This document shows positions 1 through 10,638 of a stretch of 64,000 bases of DNA, one piece after another (position 1 is the stretch's first letter; every line of letters begins with the position of its first letter). This DNA is from Halarcobacter sp. GTDB taxonomy: Bacteria; Campylobacterota; Campylobacteria; Campylobacterales; Arcobacteraceae. The notes below the pieces were generated by a model. The model had not been told where the DNA came from, did not search any database, and saw only the letters and a list, made by a program, of their open reading frames with translations. The DNA lies in NCBI GenBank assembly GCA_963676565.1, contig OY781089.1, positions 1,632,001 to 1,696,000 on the forward strand. Direction: 5' to 3'. The translations under genes and the position numbers were made by a program.

Positions 1-290
1 CAGTTGCTTCAACTATTCAAAGGGATTTAGCAACAGCTACCACTTCTATTCAAACTTATTACTTGACTAAAAGAAGTATTTCTGATATTTCAGAGGCTGT
101 TCAATTAAATACTAAAAATTGGGCTTTAGATAATAATAAGTTAAAAATCACTTCAACAAATGCAAATGATTGTGCTTCTTTGGAAGTAAAAGATTCGCAA
201 ATTGTAATTACTATCTCAAAAGATGCTGATGATATTTGTGAAAAATTAAATGAATTAGGTATTGAAAGTACTACAATAAAACTAATCTAA
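1..290 (+). CDS. 5'-truncated prepilin/type II secretion pseudopilin-like protein (C-terminal part)
   Basis: Frame is open from base 3 (VASTIQRDLATATTSIQTYYL...), resembling the post-TM helix of Campylobacterota pseudopilins; has a Cys pair; the N-terminus lies outside the window. Confidence 0.45.
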   Translation, partial: VASTIQRDLATATTSIQTYYLTKRSISDISEAVQLNTKNWALDNNKLKITSTNANDCASLEVKDSQIVITISKDADDICEKLNELGIESTTIKLI

Positions 291-295
291 ACTAT

Positions 296-321
296 AAGAG
301 TATAGTTTTGACTATACTCTT
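296..321 (+). terminator. Hairpin, probable intrinsic terminator
   Basis: aagagtatagt/actatactctt inverted repeat just after the stop codon. Confidence 0.55.
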
Positions 322-423
322 TACTTAAAAACCATTCTAAAGACAAATCTATTATACAAACATAATAATTTATTCGATAAAATATTCAACCTTACAGAAT
401 ATTACAAAGAAAAGAGATATAGT

Positions 424-966
424 ATGATTTTAAGTCAAGCTGATAAAGAACTAATTAACAACTCAATTAGAGATGTTAAAGATTTCCCAAAAGAAGGGAT
501 TGTATTTAAAGATATAACTACTTTATTAAATAATAAAGTTGCCTTCCAAACCTTAATGAACCACTTAGAAGAAAGATATAAAACTTATGATTTAGATTAT
601 GTTGCAGGTATTGATTCAAGAGGTTTTATATTTGGAGCTGCTTTAGCTGATAGACTTAATATTGGTTTTGTTCCAGTTAGGAAGAAGGGGAAATTACCTT
701 CTACAACAGTTTGCGAAAAGTATGAATTAGAATATGGTTTTGATGAGGTTGAAATTCATTTAGATGCATTTCCAATTGATAATGCAAATGTATTATTAAT
801 AGATGATTTAATAGCAACAGGTGGGACTGCAAATGCTTCTGCAAAATTAATTAAAGATGTAAAAGCGAATTTGGTTGAAACTTGTTTCTTAATTAACCTT
901 ACATTTTTGGATGGTGTTAAAAGATTAGAACAACATGCGCCAGTATATACAATATTAGATATTTAA
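424..966 (+). CDS. apt: Adenine phosphoribosyltransferase
   Basis: [30 protein letters not shown] and PRPP-binding [12 protein letters not shown] motifs. Confidence 0.97.
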   Translation: MILSQADKELINNSIRDVKDFPKEGIVFKDITTLLNNKVAFQTLMNHLEERYKTYDLDYVAGIDSRGFIFGAALADRLNIGFVPVRKKGKLPSTTVCEKYELEYGFDEVEIHLDAFPIDNANVLLIDDLIATGGTANASAKLIKDVKANLVETCFLINLTFLDGVKRLEQHAPVYTILDI

Positions 967-979
967 AAAGAGATTATAA

Positions 980-2194
980 ATGAAAAAAGATTTTTACATA
1001 CCAAAAACATCAATCTTTGATCCAGATAGTAATGGTCATTTTGGGATTTTTGGAGGAAGGTACGTTCCTGAAACATTGATGCCAATTTTAAAAGAACTAG
1101 AAGATGAATATAAAAAATATAGACATGATGAAGAGTTTTGGAAAGAGGTTGATGGATATTTAAAAGATTATGTTGGAAGAGAAAATCCACTTTATCTTGC
1201 AAAAAATATAAGTGAAGAGATTGGCGCAAAAGTTTATTTAAAAAGAGAAGATTTAAACCATACAGGAGCTCACAAAGTAAATAACGTAATTGCTCAAGGA
1301 TTACTTGCAAAGAAACTTGGGAAGAAAAAAGTAATTGCTGAAACAGGAGCAGGTCAACATGGTGTTGCAAGTGCTACTATTGCAGCACTTCTTGGTCTTG
1401 AATGTACAGTTTTTATGGGAGCAAAGGATGTAGCTAGACAAGAGCTAAATGTATTTAGAATGAAACTACTTGGAGCAAAGGTGGTTGCAGTTGAATCTGG
1501 TAGTAAAACATTAAAAGATGCTATGAATGATGCAATTAGATATTGGGTTACAAATGCTAGAGATACTTTTTATATAATTGGAACAGTTGCAGGACCACAC
1601 CCTTATCCCGTTATGGTTAGAGATTTCCAAGCAATTATTGGTTATGAAGCAAGGGCTCAAATTCTAAAAAAAGAGGGTAGATTACCAGACTATGTTGTTG
1701 CTTGTATTGGTGGTGGATCTAATGCAATTGGTATGTTCTCTCATTTCCTAGAAGATAAAGAAACAACTTGCGTAGGGATTGAAGCTGGAGGATTAGGACT
1801 TAATACAGACAAACATGGTTGTTCTTTAGAAAAAGGAAGTCCTGGAGTTTTACATGGTCAATGTTCATATCTACTACAAGATGAAAATGGTCAAGTTTTA
1901 GAAGCACACTCTATTAGTGCTGGGCTTGATTATCCAGGAATTGGACCAGAACACTCTTTTCATAAAGACAATAAAACTGTTCAATACGATTCTATTACAG
2001 ATAAAGAAGCTTTAGATGCCTTTGTATGGTTATCTCAAAAAGAGGGAATTATTCCAGCTTTTGAAAGTGCCCATGCAATTGCATATTTAAAAAAGGCAAA
2101 AGAGAAATTAAAAGATAAAATAATAATTATAAATCTTTCTGGACGTGGTGATAAAGATATGGTTCAAGCAAAAGAACTATTAGATTTTGATTAA
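980..2194 (+). CDS. trpB: Tryptophan synthase beta subunit
   Basis: [13 protein letters not shown] (PLP lysine), [29 protein letters not shown]. Confidence 0.98.
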   Translation: MKKDFYIPKTSIFDPDSNGHFGIFGGRYVPETLMPILKELEDEYKKYRHDEEFWKEVDGYLKDYVGRENPLYLAKNISEEIGAKVYLKREDLNHTGAHKVNNVIAQGLLAKKLGKKKVIAETGAGQHGVASATIAALLGLECTVFMGAKDVARQELNVFRMKLLGAKVVAVESGSKTLKDAMNDAIRYWVTNARDTFYIIGTVAGPHPYPVMVRDFQAIIGYEARAQILKKEGRLPDYVVACIGGGSNAIGMFSHFLEDKETTCVGIEAGGLGLNTDKHGCSLEKGSPGVLHGQCSYLLQDENGQVLEAHSISAGLDYPGIGPEHSFHKDNKTVQYDSITDKEALDAFVWLSQKEGIIPAFESAHAIAYLKKAKEKLKDKIIIINLSGRGDKDMVQAKELLDFD

Positions 2195-2202
2195 GAGTTT
2201 TA

Positions 2203-2889
2203 ATGTTAGAAAAATTACAAAATAATTCAGGGAAAATACTCTTTTTAGTTGTTTTACTTTTTGTAATCTTTTTAGGTTACAATTTGTATCAAGCTCCTGT
2301 AGAAGGTTTAGAAAATAAATTTTTATATTTACTAAAAACTTATGGTTATATTATACTTTTTGCATGGAGTATATTAGAGGGTGAAGCAGGTCTTATAATG
2401 GCTGGACTGTTATCTCATACTGGTGATATGAACCTTTATTTTGCAGTTTTTGTTGCAGGGCTTGGTGGTTTCGCAGGGGATCAGATATACTTTTATACAG
2501 GAAGATTTAATAAATCTTATGTTCATAAAAAGTTTAAAGGGCAAAGAAGAAAATTTGCCTTAGCACACTTACTTTTAGTAAAATATGGTTGGCCAATTAT
2601 TTTTATTCAAAGATATATGTATGGTATGAGAACAATTATTCCTATTTCAATTGGTCTTACAAGATATAGTGCAAAAATGTTTGCTTTTATAAATTTAATT
2701 AGTGCTTGGTGTTGGGCTGCAATTACTATTGTACCTGCATGGTATTTTGGTGAAGAGATTTTAGTAGTATTAAAATGGGTAAAAGATCATTGGTATTACG
2801 CAGCACCATTTGGAATATTTATTGGTGGAAGTATAATTTATTATTTCCATAGTGTAACTAAGAAAAAGGAGAAAAACTTTGAAGGTTAA
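2203..2889 (+). CDS. DedA family membrane protein
   Basis: LEGE, GDQIYFYTGR, RYMYGMRT motifs and several TM segments. Confidence 0.9.
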   Translation: MLEKLQNNSGKILFLVVLLFVIFLGYNLYQAPVEGLENKFLYLLKTYGYIILFAWSILEGEAGLIMAGLLSHTGDMNLYFAVFVAGLGGFAGDQIYFYTGRFNKSYVHKKFKGQRRKFALAHLLLVKYGWPIIFIQRYMYGMRTIIPISIGLTRYSAKMFAFINLISAWCWAAITIVPAWYFGEEILVVLKWVKDHWYYAAPFGIFIGGSIIYYFHSVTKKKEKNFEG

Positions 2890-4285
2890 TTTAGTAGAAA
2901 ATAGTTTTGAAAAAGAAGAATCTGAAATTGAAATATATATAACTGATGATATTGAAAATACAAAAGATAAAGAACTTTTAGACCTTTTAGGGTTTGAAGA
3001 AAAAGATGAAAGTGTTATCTTACTTCCTGAAGTTGGAAGAATTTATGTAGGGTGTGAAGATAATGATTATGATAGTATTGCAATTGCAATTTCATGTGCT
3101 ATTAAAAAATTCCAATCTACAAAATTTGAAAGTGCAAAAATAAAATTAGATGATTTAAATTTAAAAGCTCTAGTTGAAGGTGCTATTTTAGGTTCATATA
3201 AATTTTGTGAATATAAATCAGAAAAGAAAAAAGTAAAAAAACAAGAATTAAATATTTGTGTACCTAAAATCACAAAAGAGCTGCAAAAAGAATTCGATGA
3301 TTCAAAAATTATTGCAAAATCTGTTAATAAAACTAGAAATATTGTAAATACTCCACCAGCAGATTATTATCCAAAAGTTATGGCTGAGACAGCAAAAAAG
3401 ATTGCAAAAGAGAACAATCTTGATTGTAGAATTGAGGGTGAAGAATATTTAGAAAAAAATGGAATGTTTGCGATGCTTTCAGTTGGTCGTGCTTCAATTC
3501 ATGAGTCAAAATTAATACATTTAACTTATAAACCAGAAAATGCTAAGAAAAAAATTGTTTTAGTTGGTAAGGGTTTAACCTATGATTCAGGTGGATTATC
3601 ACTTAAATCTGCAGATTTTATGGTTACTATGAAATCTGATAAAAGTGGTGGAAGTGCTGTTTTAGGTATAATGAATGCTGTTGCAAAATTAGGACTTGAT
3701 GTTGAAGTTCATGGTATTATTGGTGCAGTAGAAAATATGATTGGTGGAGATGCCTATAAGCCAGATGATGTGTTAGTTGCTAAAAATGGTAAAACTATTG
3801 AAGTAAGAAACACTGATGCTGAAGGTAGACTAGTTCTTGCTGATTGTTTATGTTATGCACAAGATGAGATTGATGATATAGATTATATATTTGACTATGC
3901 TACATTAACAGGCGCATGTGTTGTTGGTGTTGGTGAATATACATCTGGAATAATGGGAAGAAATATTGAACTAAAAAGATCAATTGTTGCAAATGCTTTA
4001 GCAGCTGGCGAATATGCGACTACTTTACCTTTTAACAGATTTTTAAGAAAAACTTTAAAATCTGAAATTGCAGATATTTCAAATATTGCAAACACTAGAT
4101 ATGGTGGAGCAATAACAGCTGGATTATTTTTAGATAATTTCATATATGAAGAAAATAAAGAAAAATGGATTCACCATGATATTGCGGGACCTGCATTTGT
4201 AGAAAAAGCATGGGGTTATAATCCACATGGCGCAAGTGGAGCTGGAGTTAGAATGACTCTAGAATTTTTGAAAAATATTGACTAA
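2879..4285 (+). CDS. pepA: Leucyl aminopeptidase (M17)
   Basis: LVGKGLTYDSGGLSLK, MKSDKSG, NTDAEGRLVLAD, ATLTGA. Confidence 0.96.
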   Translation: MKVNLVENSFEKEESEIEIYITDDIENTKDKELLDLLGFEEKDESVILLPEVGRIYVGCEDNDYDSIAIAISCAIKKFQSTKFESAKIKLDDLNLKALVEGAILGSYKFCEYKSEKKKVKKQELNICVPKITKELQKEFDDSKIIAKSVNKTRNIVNTPPADYYPKVMAETAKKIAKENNLDCRIEGEEYLEKNGMFAMLSVGRASIHESKLIHLTYKPENAKKKIVLVGKGLTYDSGGLSLKSADFMVTMKSDKSGGSAVLGIMNAVAKLGLDVEVHGIIGAVENMIGGDAYKPDDVLVAKNGKTIEVRNTDAEGRLVLADCLCYAQDEIDDIDYIFDYATLTGACVVGVGEYTSGIMGRNIELKRSIVANALAAGEYATTLPFNRFLRKTLKSEIADISNIANTRYGGAITAGLFLDNFIYEENKEKWIHHDIAGPAFVEKAWGYNPHGASGAGVRMTLEFLKNID

Positions 4286-4308
4286 AAAATTTATTTATAG
4301 GAAAAGAT

Positions 4309-5304
4309 ATGATTAAAACTGATGTAAAACCAAAAATTTTAGTAATTGGTGACTTGATGATAGATGCTTATTTAATTGGTAGTTGTGATAGAATTGCTTT
4401 AGATGCACCTGTTCCTGTTCTTGATATTAAAGAGGAGCTTGATGTTCTAGGTGGAGCTGGAAATGTTGTTAGAAATTTAGCTTCATTAGGTGCAAAAGTT
4501 TCAGTTATGTCAGTAACTGGTGATGGTCAAAATGGTAAAGAATTAAAACATTTACTAGATCAACTTGAAACAAAATCATTTATTTTAGAGCAAAAGGGAA
4601 GAAAGACTTCTAGAAAAACTAGAATTATGTCAAATGGTAAACAAATTTTTAGATTTGATCATGAAAGTAAAAACAACATATCTTTTGACAATGTAAAAAA
4701 ATTATACTCTAAACTTCAAGAGAAAATTAAAGCATATGATGCTATTTTATTGGCAGATTATGGTAAAGGTGTATTAACAAGAGACTTTACACAAAAGATT
4801 ATTCAATATGCAAATAAACATGATGTAAAAACTATTGTTGATCCATATGGAGATGATTATTCAAAATATCAAGGGGCATATTTAATTATTCCTAATAAAG
4901 AAGAAGCTTCAAAGGTTACTGGAATTGATATTGAAAATGATGATAGACTTTTAGATGCTTTAAAAGAGATGAAAAATAAATTTGAAACAAAAGAAGCAGT
5001 AGTTACACTAGCAGAAGAGGGTGTAGCAGTTTTAAATGAAAACAATAAGTTATCTGTTCTTCCAACAGTTCCTTTAGAGGTTTTTGATGTAACAGGTTCA
5101 GGAGATACACTATTAGCTTCAATGGGTTATGCACTTGCAGGAAGCAATGATATTATTAGCTCAGTAGAGTTTGCTAACTTAGCAACTGGAGTTGTTTTAA
5201 GAAAAGCTGGTACTTCTACAGTTTCAATTGAAGAGATACAATCTGATCAAACTTATCTTGATAGAAAAATTATTGAAAAAAATTTAAGTTGTAAACTTAA
5301 CTAA
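4309..5304 (+). CDS. Heptose-7-phosphate kinase-like PfkB protein (HldE/RfaE kinase domain only)
   Basis: LVIGDLMID, APVPV, GGAGNV, DYGKGVL, PNKEEA, VFDVTGSGDT; no C-terminal adenylyltransferase domain. Confidence 0.85.
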   Translation: MIKTDVKPKILVIGDLMIDAYLIGSCDRIALDAPVPVLDIKEELDVLGGAGNVVRNLASLGAKVSVMSVTGDGQNGKELKHLLDQLETKSFILEQKGRKTSRKTRIMSNGKQIFRFDHESKNNISFDNVKKLYSKLQEKIKAYDAILLADYGKGVLTRDFTQKIIQYANKHDVKTIVDPYGDDYSKYQGAYLIIPNKEEASKVTGIDIENDDRLLDALKEMKNKFETKEAVVTLAEEGVAVLNENNKLSVLPTVPLEVFDVTGSGDTLLASMGYALAGSNDIISSVEFANLATGVVLRKAGTSTVSIEEIQSDQTYLDRKIIEKNLSCKLN

Positions 5305-5326
5305 AAAGTAGGGAAATCCCTACTTT
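5305..5326 (+). terminator. Intrinsic terminator hairpin
   Basis: aaagtaggga/tccctacttt immediately after the stop codon. Confidence 0.65.
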
Positions 5327-5385
5327 AAGTAAAGTTATTAAATAAGAAATTTTTTTATTAAATTATTTATGATATAATATATGCA

Positions 5386-7902
5386 ATGAAGTATATAGTT
5401 ATATTATTAGTTTTTACAACTTTATCATTTTCTCAAAATTTAGATAAGGTAAATCTTTACTTAAAATGGAAACATCAATTTCAATTTGCAGGTTTTTATA
5501 TAGCAAAAGAAAAAGGTTTTTTTGAAGAAGAGGGCCTTGATGTAAATATTATTGAACCAACTTCAAATAATGCTATTTATATTAATAAAATTTTAGAAGA
5601 AGAAAACTCTTTTGGTATATATGATTCATCGTTGATTAATTCAGTTATGCATGGTGAAAAACTATCTTTAATAATGCCAATCCTACAAGAAACACCCTTT
5701 GCCTTTTTATTTTTAAAAAGCTCAAATATAAAATCTATCGATGACTTTGAGAATAAAAAAATAATGTTAGATTTGAATAATCAAGAGAATGCTTTTGTTA
5801 AATTGTTTTTAAATAAATTTAATATAAATAAAAAAAACATAAAAGTAATTCCAAGCTCTTATAATATCAATGATTTAATAAAAAATAGAGTTGATGTCAT
5901 TACTTCTTATTTAACAAATGAAACCTATTTATTAGAAGAAAAAGGGATTAAATATGATTATTTAAAAGCTTCATCTTTTGGAATGAATTTTTATGGAGAT
6001 ATACTTTTTACGTCACTAAAAAATGAAAGAGATAATCTAAAAAGAGTTAAAGCTTTTTTTAATGCCACAATGAAAGGTTGGCAATTTGCTTTTGATAATA
6101 TTGATGAAACAATAAAGTTGATTTTAGAAAAATACAACACTCAGGGATTTGATTACAGTAAATATTTATTTGAGGCAAATGGATTAAAAAAGTTATCTGG
6201 TATTAATAATGGAACTTTTGGAAAATTTAAACTTAGTAAGATAAATCAAATTATTAGTAGCTATTTTTTAATTGATAAAAACCTTACTCTAGAAGATATA
6301 AATAATCTTGATATAGATTCCTTATCAAATGAAAGATTTTTTATTAATGATAAATCAATAGTTTTTAATAAAAAAGAATTAGAATATCTAGAAAAAAAAG
6401 ATAAGATTACTTTTTGTGTAAGTGAAGGTATAGAACCTATAGTTTTTTATAAAAATGGTGAATACAAAGGTATTGCTGTAGATTTTTTTAAGATGATTGA
6501 GAAAAAAATTAATAAAAAAATACAAGGGCTACTTGCTATAACTCCAGAAAAATGTGATGCTTTATTAAAAGAGAAAAAAGTAGACTTGAAACCTTTAATC
6601 TTAACTAATTCAAAGGATTATGATTTTTTAAAACCAACTTTACCATATTACGATGGATACTTGGTATTAGCTACAAAGATTAGTCAACCATATTTATTAG
6701 ATATCTCACAATTAGAAGATAAACAATTAGGCTTATTGAAAAGTACAGGAATGATTAATGATCTTATAAAAAAAAGATTTCCAAATTTAAATTTTATTGA
6801 GATTAATGGAACAGTTGAAAATGCACTGGAATTAATAAGAAAAGATGAAATATATGGCTTCGTGGGTATTTCAGATATCATCTCATATAATATTCAAAAA
6901 TACTTCACCCATGAATTAAAAATAATGAAAAGATTAAGTGACTTAAAAAATGTAAGTATTGGAGTAGTAAAAGATGATGATATCTTACATTCAATCTTAA
7001 ACAAAGCAATTTTAAGTTTTGATGATAAAGAAAAGAGAGATATTAAAAATAAATGGGCATATGTTAAAGAAGAAACAATAATAAAAAAAGAGTATTTAAT
7101 TAATATACTTTTTATAATTACTATAATCACTTTAGCTTTTTTATATAAACAATATATTTTAAATAAATCAAATAAACAACTTAAAATAAAAGTTGATGAG
7201 GAAGTACAAAAAAATAGAGAAAAAGATAAAATTCTTTTTCAGCAAATAAAACTTGCTAGTATGGGAGAGATGTTAAATAATGTCGCCCATCAATGGAGAC
7301 AACCCTTAAATGTAATCAATTCAAATGTTGCAGTGATTGACTCAGTATTTTTGAAGCATAAGATTCAAGACAAAAAATTAGAAAATACTCTTACCCAAAT
7401 TGAATCACAAACAAAATATATGTCTGATACTATTGATAGTTTTAGAACATTTTTCTATCCTTCAAAAGAAAAAGCTGAGTTTGTATTATCTAAAACTATA
7501 GATCACGTATTAAGAATAGTGAAATTTGATTATGAAAAATCTAATATTAAAATAAATACAAAAGTTCTAAACGATAAGAAAATCATAGGTTACAAAGGTG
7601 AATATATCCAAACAGTAATAGCTATATTAAATAATTCAAGGGATGCTTTTATCTTAAATGGGATTGAAAATCCTAAGATAGAGATTTGTATCGATAATAT
7701 GCTTACAGTTGAGGATAATGCTGGAGGAATAGATGATAAGTTAATCGATAGAATTTTTGAACCTTATTTTACTACAAAATACAAAAATAAAGGAACTGGT
7801 ACAGGTCTTTATATGGCTAAAATGATTATAGAAAATTCTATGAATGGTACATTAAGTGTGGAACAAATAAAAAATGGAACAAGATTTAAGATTGTAATTT
7901 AA
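5386..7902 (+). CDS. Sensor histidine kinase with NMT1/THI5-like and family-3 periplasmic binding domains
   Basis: LKWKHQFQFAGFY N-terminus, second binding domain, TM, then SMGEMLNNVAHQWRQPL (H box), DNAGGI, FEPYFTTK, GTGTGLY. Confidence 0.92.
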   Translation: MKYIVILLVFTTLSFSQNLDKVNLYLKWKHQFQFAGFYIAKEKGFFEEEGLDVNIIEPTSNNAIYINKILEEENSFGIYDSSLINSVMHGEKLSLIMPILQETPFAFLFLKSSNIKSIDDFENKKIMLDLNNQENAFVKLFLNKFNINKKNIKVIPSSYNINDLIKNRVDVITSYLTNETYLLEEKGIKYDYLKASSFGMNFYGDILFTSLKNERDNLKRVKAFFNATMKGWQFAFDNIDETIKLILEKYNTQGFDYSKYLFEANGLKKLSGINNGTFGKFKLSKINQIISSYFLIDKNLTLEDINNLDIDSLSNERFFINDKSIVFNKKELEYLEKKDKITFCVSEGIEPIVFYKNGEYKGIAVDFFKMIEKKINKKIQGLLAITPEKCDALLKEKKVDLKPLILTNSKDYDFLKPTLPYYDGYLVLATKISQPYLLDISQLEDKQLGLLKSTGMINDLIKKRFPNLNFIEINGTVENALELIRKDEIYGFVGISDIISYNIQKYFTHELKIMKRLSDLKNVSIGVVKDDDILHSILNKAILSFDDKEKRDIKNKWAYVKEETIIKKEYLINILFIITIITLAFLYKQYILNKSNKQLKIKVDEEVQKNREKDKILFQQIKLASMGEMLNNVAHQWRQPLNVINSNVAVIDSVFLKHKIQDKKLENTLTQIESQTKYMSDTIDSFRTFFYPSKEKAEFVLSKTIDHVLRIVKFDYEKSNIKINTKVLNDKKIIGYKGEYIQTVIAILNNSRDAFILNGIENPKIEICIDNMLTVEDNAGGIDDKLIDRIFEPYFTTKYKNKGTGTGLYMAKMIIENSMNGTLSVEQIKNGTRFKIVI

Positions 7903-7913
7903 ATGGAGATAAA

Positions 7914-8591
7914 ATGGACAAAAATTATTCTATTCTATATGCAGAAGATAATAAAAATGTTAGAGAAAACTATGTAGTATATTTAGAGAACTACTTTGAT
8001 TTTATATACGAAGCTAATGATGGCGTAGAGGCATTTGATATTTATAGAGATAAAAAACCAAATGTACTTTTAATTGATATAAATATGCCAAATATGAACG
8101 GATTAGAGTTTGTAAAGAAAGTTAGGGAAAATGACGAAAAGATACCTATAATTATACTTAGTGCTTATTCTGACAAAGAGTTTTTATTTGAGGCAATAAA
8201 ATTAAATTTGATTGAATATTTAGTTAAACCAGTTGATAGAAATGAATTTAAAAGTGTATTGGAAAATTCTATTAATAAAGTTAAAGAAAATTTTTCCGAA
8301 AACCAATTAATTAATTTTACTAAAATAGCTTATTGGGATAGCTCAAAAAGATTGTTTTTTTATAAAAATAAAATGGTTGATTTAACAAAAAATGAAAGAA
8401 TGCTTTTTGAACTTTTATTAAATAATAAAAATCAAATTATAAATCCAAATGAAATCTCAAAGTATGTATGGGACAATAAAGCTGAAGTTAATGATGCTAG
8501 TATTAGGAATTTAGTAAAAAGATTAAGAAAAAAATTACCTGTTGATATTATTCAAAGCATATATGGAAGTGGATATACTTTAAGTTATTAG
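7914..8591 (+). CDS. OmpR-family response regulator
   Basis: YAED, LLIDINMP, KP receiver motifs; winged helix IRNLVKRLRKKL...YGSGY. Confidence 0.95.
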   Translation: MDKNYSILYAEDNKNVRENYVVYLENYFDFIYEANDGVEAFDIYRDKKPNVLLIDINMPNMNGLEFVKKVRENDEKIPIIILSAYSDKEFLFEAIKLNLIEYLVKPVDRNEFKSVLENSINKVKENFSENQLINFTKIAYWDSSKRLFFYKNKMVDLTKNERMLFELLLNNKNQIINPNEISKYVWDNKAEVNDASIRNLVKRLRKKLPVDIIQSIYGSGYTLSY

Positions 8592-8650
8592 GGTGTATTT
8601 AAATCAATTTTGAGTATAATCGCGAATTAAAATATAAATAAAGGTCATAA

Positions 8651-9754
8651 ATGGGTTTAGGTGTAGGAATCGTAGGATTACCAAACGTAGGAAAATCAAC
8701 AACTTTTAATGCTTTAACAAAAGCACAAAATGCAGAGGCACAAAACTATCCTTTTTGTACTATTGAACCAAACAAAGCTGTTGTTCCTGTTCCTGATAAA
8801 AGGTTAGATGAATTAGCAAAAATTGTTATTCCTAATAAAATTCAACACTCTACAATTGATTTCGTTGATATTGCAGGATTAGTAAGAGGTGCTTCAAAGG
8901 GTGAAGGCCTAGGAAATCAATTCTTATCTAATATCAGAGAAGTAGAAGTGATTTTACATATGGTTAGATGTTTTGAAGATGGTAATATTACTCACGTAGA
9001 AGGTGATGTTGATCCAATTAGAGATATTGAAATTATTGAAACAGAATTAATTTATGCAGATATAACTCAATGTGAAAAGAAAATTGAAAAACTAAAAAAG
9101 CAATCTAAAGGTTCAAAAGAAGCAGCAGCTATGTTAGTTGTCGCAGAAGCGTTAATGAAACATTTAGAAGATTTACAACCAGTTAAAACATTTGAGGATA
9201 AAGAGAATGAACTTTTCTTACAAATGGACAAAGAGTTAAGATTCTTATCAAATAAAGATGTAATTTATGGTGCAAACATGGATGAAGATTCTTTGATGGA
9301 TGGGACAAATGACTTTGTTGAAAGACTTAAAGAGCATGCAGCAACTGTAAATGCAGATGTAATTACACTTTGTGCAAAAATTGAAGAAGAATTAGTTGGT
9401 ATGGATGATGATGAAGCAAAAGAGCTATTAACTGATTTAGGTGTAGAGGAGTCTGGACTTGAACAAATTATTCATAAAGCTTTTGATAAACTAGGATTAC
9501 AATCATATTTTACTGCTGGAAAAGTTGAAGTTAGAGCATGGACAATTAGAAAAAATACTAAAGCCCCTCAAGCAGCTGCTGTTATTCATAACGATTTTGA
9601 AAAAGGCTTTATTAAAGCAGAAGTTATCTCTTATGAAGATTTCGTTACTCTTGGTGGAGAAGCTAAGTGTAAAGAAGCTGGTAAGCTAAGACTTGAAGGA
9701 AAAGATTACGTTGTTCAGGATGGAGATGTAATGCATTTTAGGTTTAACACTTAA
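8651..9754 (+). CDS. ychF: Redox-regulated ATPase YchF
   Basis: GIVGLPNVGKST, NYPFCTIEPN, DIAGLVRGASKGEGLGNQFL, TGS-type C-terminus. Confidence 0.97.
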   Translation: MGLGVGIVGLPNVGKSTTFNALTKAQNAEAQNYPFCTIEPNKAVVPVPDKRLDELAKIVIPNKIQHSTIDFVDIAGLVRGASKGEGLGNQFLSNIREVEVILHMVRCFEDGNITHVEGDVDPIRDIEIIETELIYADITQCEKKIEKLKKQSKGSKEAAAMLVVAEALMKHLEDLQPVKTFEDKENELFLQMDKELRFLSNKDVIYGANMDEDSLMDGTNDFVERLKEHAATVNADVITLCAKIEEELVGMDDDEAKELLTDLGVEESGLEQIIHKAFDKLGLQSYFTAGKVEVRAWTIRKNTKAPQAAAVIHNDFEKGFIKAEVISYEDFVTLGGEAKCKEAGKLRLEGKDYVVQDGDVMHFRFNT

Positions 9755-9799
9755 TAAAAATTTTGTTATAATTTATATAATTTCATAGAGGAGTATATT

Positions 9800-10618
9800 G
9801 TGAGTGATTATATTATTGAAAAAATTGAGTCTTTACCTCCATTACCTAAGACAATAATTGAGATTGAAGAATTTAGACAAAAATCTGATAAAGAATCTTT
9901 TGAATTACTAAAAATTGTAGAAAAAGATGCACTTATTGTTTCTACTTTATTAAAGGTTTCAAATTCAGCTATGTTTGGATTTAGAAGCAAAGTTGAAACG
10001 GCAAGTAAGGCTATCAATCTTTTAGGAATTAATTTTACTATTTCTATTGCAATTGGTGGTACAGTTCAAAATCTTTTAAAAACAAATTTATCAGCATATG
10101 GAATTAATAGTGATGACTTTATGAGAGCCTCAAATCTTGCAACTACTCTTACTTCTAACTGGCTTTCTAAAGTATCGTTTGATCTAAAAGAAGAATTAAT
10201 TTTGCCATCTTTATTACAAGAAGCTGGTAAATTTATTTTAGCTGACCTTATTGAAAATGAAGGAAAAACTGAAGAGTTTAATCTGGCAATAAATAGTGGT
10301 AAAGATGTTACTTCTCTAGAAAAAGAACTTATAGGTATGACAACTTCTGAAATTACTGCTAGAATATTTAAACATTGGAAATTAAGTGAAAACTTGATCA
10401 ATGTAATTGAATATGTTGATGATATTGAAAAATGTCCAGCTGAATATTTAGAAAGAACTCAAATCCTTGAAGTAGTTAAAACAATTTGTGATGTAACGGA
10501 TGCCTTTAGTGATAAGAATATTGAAAAAGGTATTGAAAAAGCAAAAGAATATAATCTTGATATTAAAAGTTTAGAAAAAGCTATTGAAAAAATTCAAGAT
10601 AGATTATTAGATGAATAA
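9800..10618 (+). CDS. HDOD domain protein
   Basis: IESLPPLP, LLKVSNSAMFGF, IFKHWKL. Confidence 0.9.
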   Translation: MSDYIIEKIESLPPLPKTIIEIEEFRQKSDKESFELLKIVEKDALIVSTLLKVSNSAMFGFRSKVETASKAINLLGINFTISIAIGGTVQNLLKTNLSAYGINSDDFMRASNLATTLTSNWLSKVSFDLKEELILPSLLQEAGKFILADLIENEGKTEEFNLAINSGKDVTSLEKELIGMTTSEITARIFKHWKLSENLINVIEYVDDIEKCPAEYLERTQILEVVKTICDVTDAFSDKNIEKGIEKAKEYNLDIKSLEKAIEKIQDRLLDE

Positions 10619-10638
10619 TTAAGACAAAATAGTCTTAA

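Noticed and set aside
980..2194. trpB outside a trp operon
   Set aside because: Scattered trp genes are common in this lineage and the protein is a canonical TrpB
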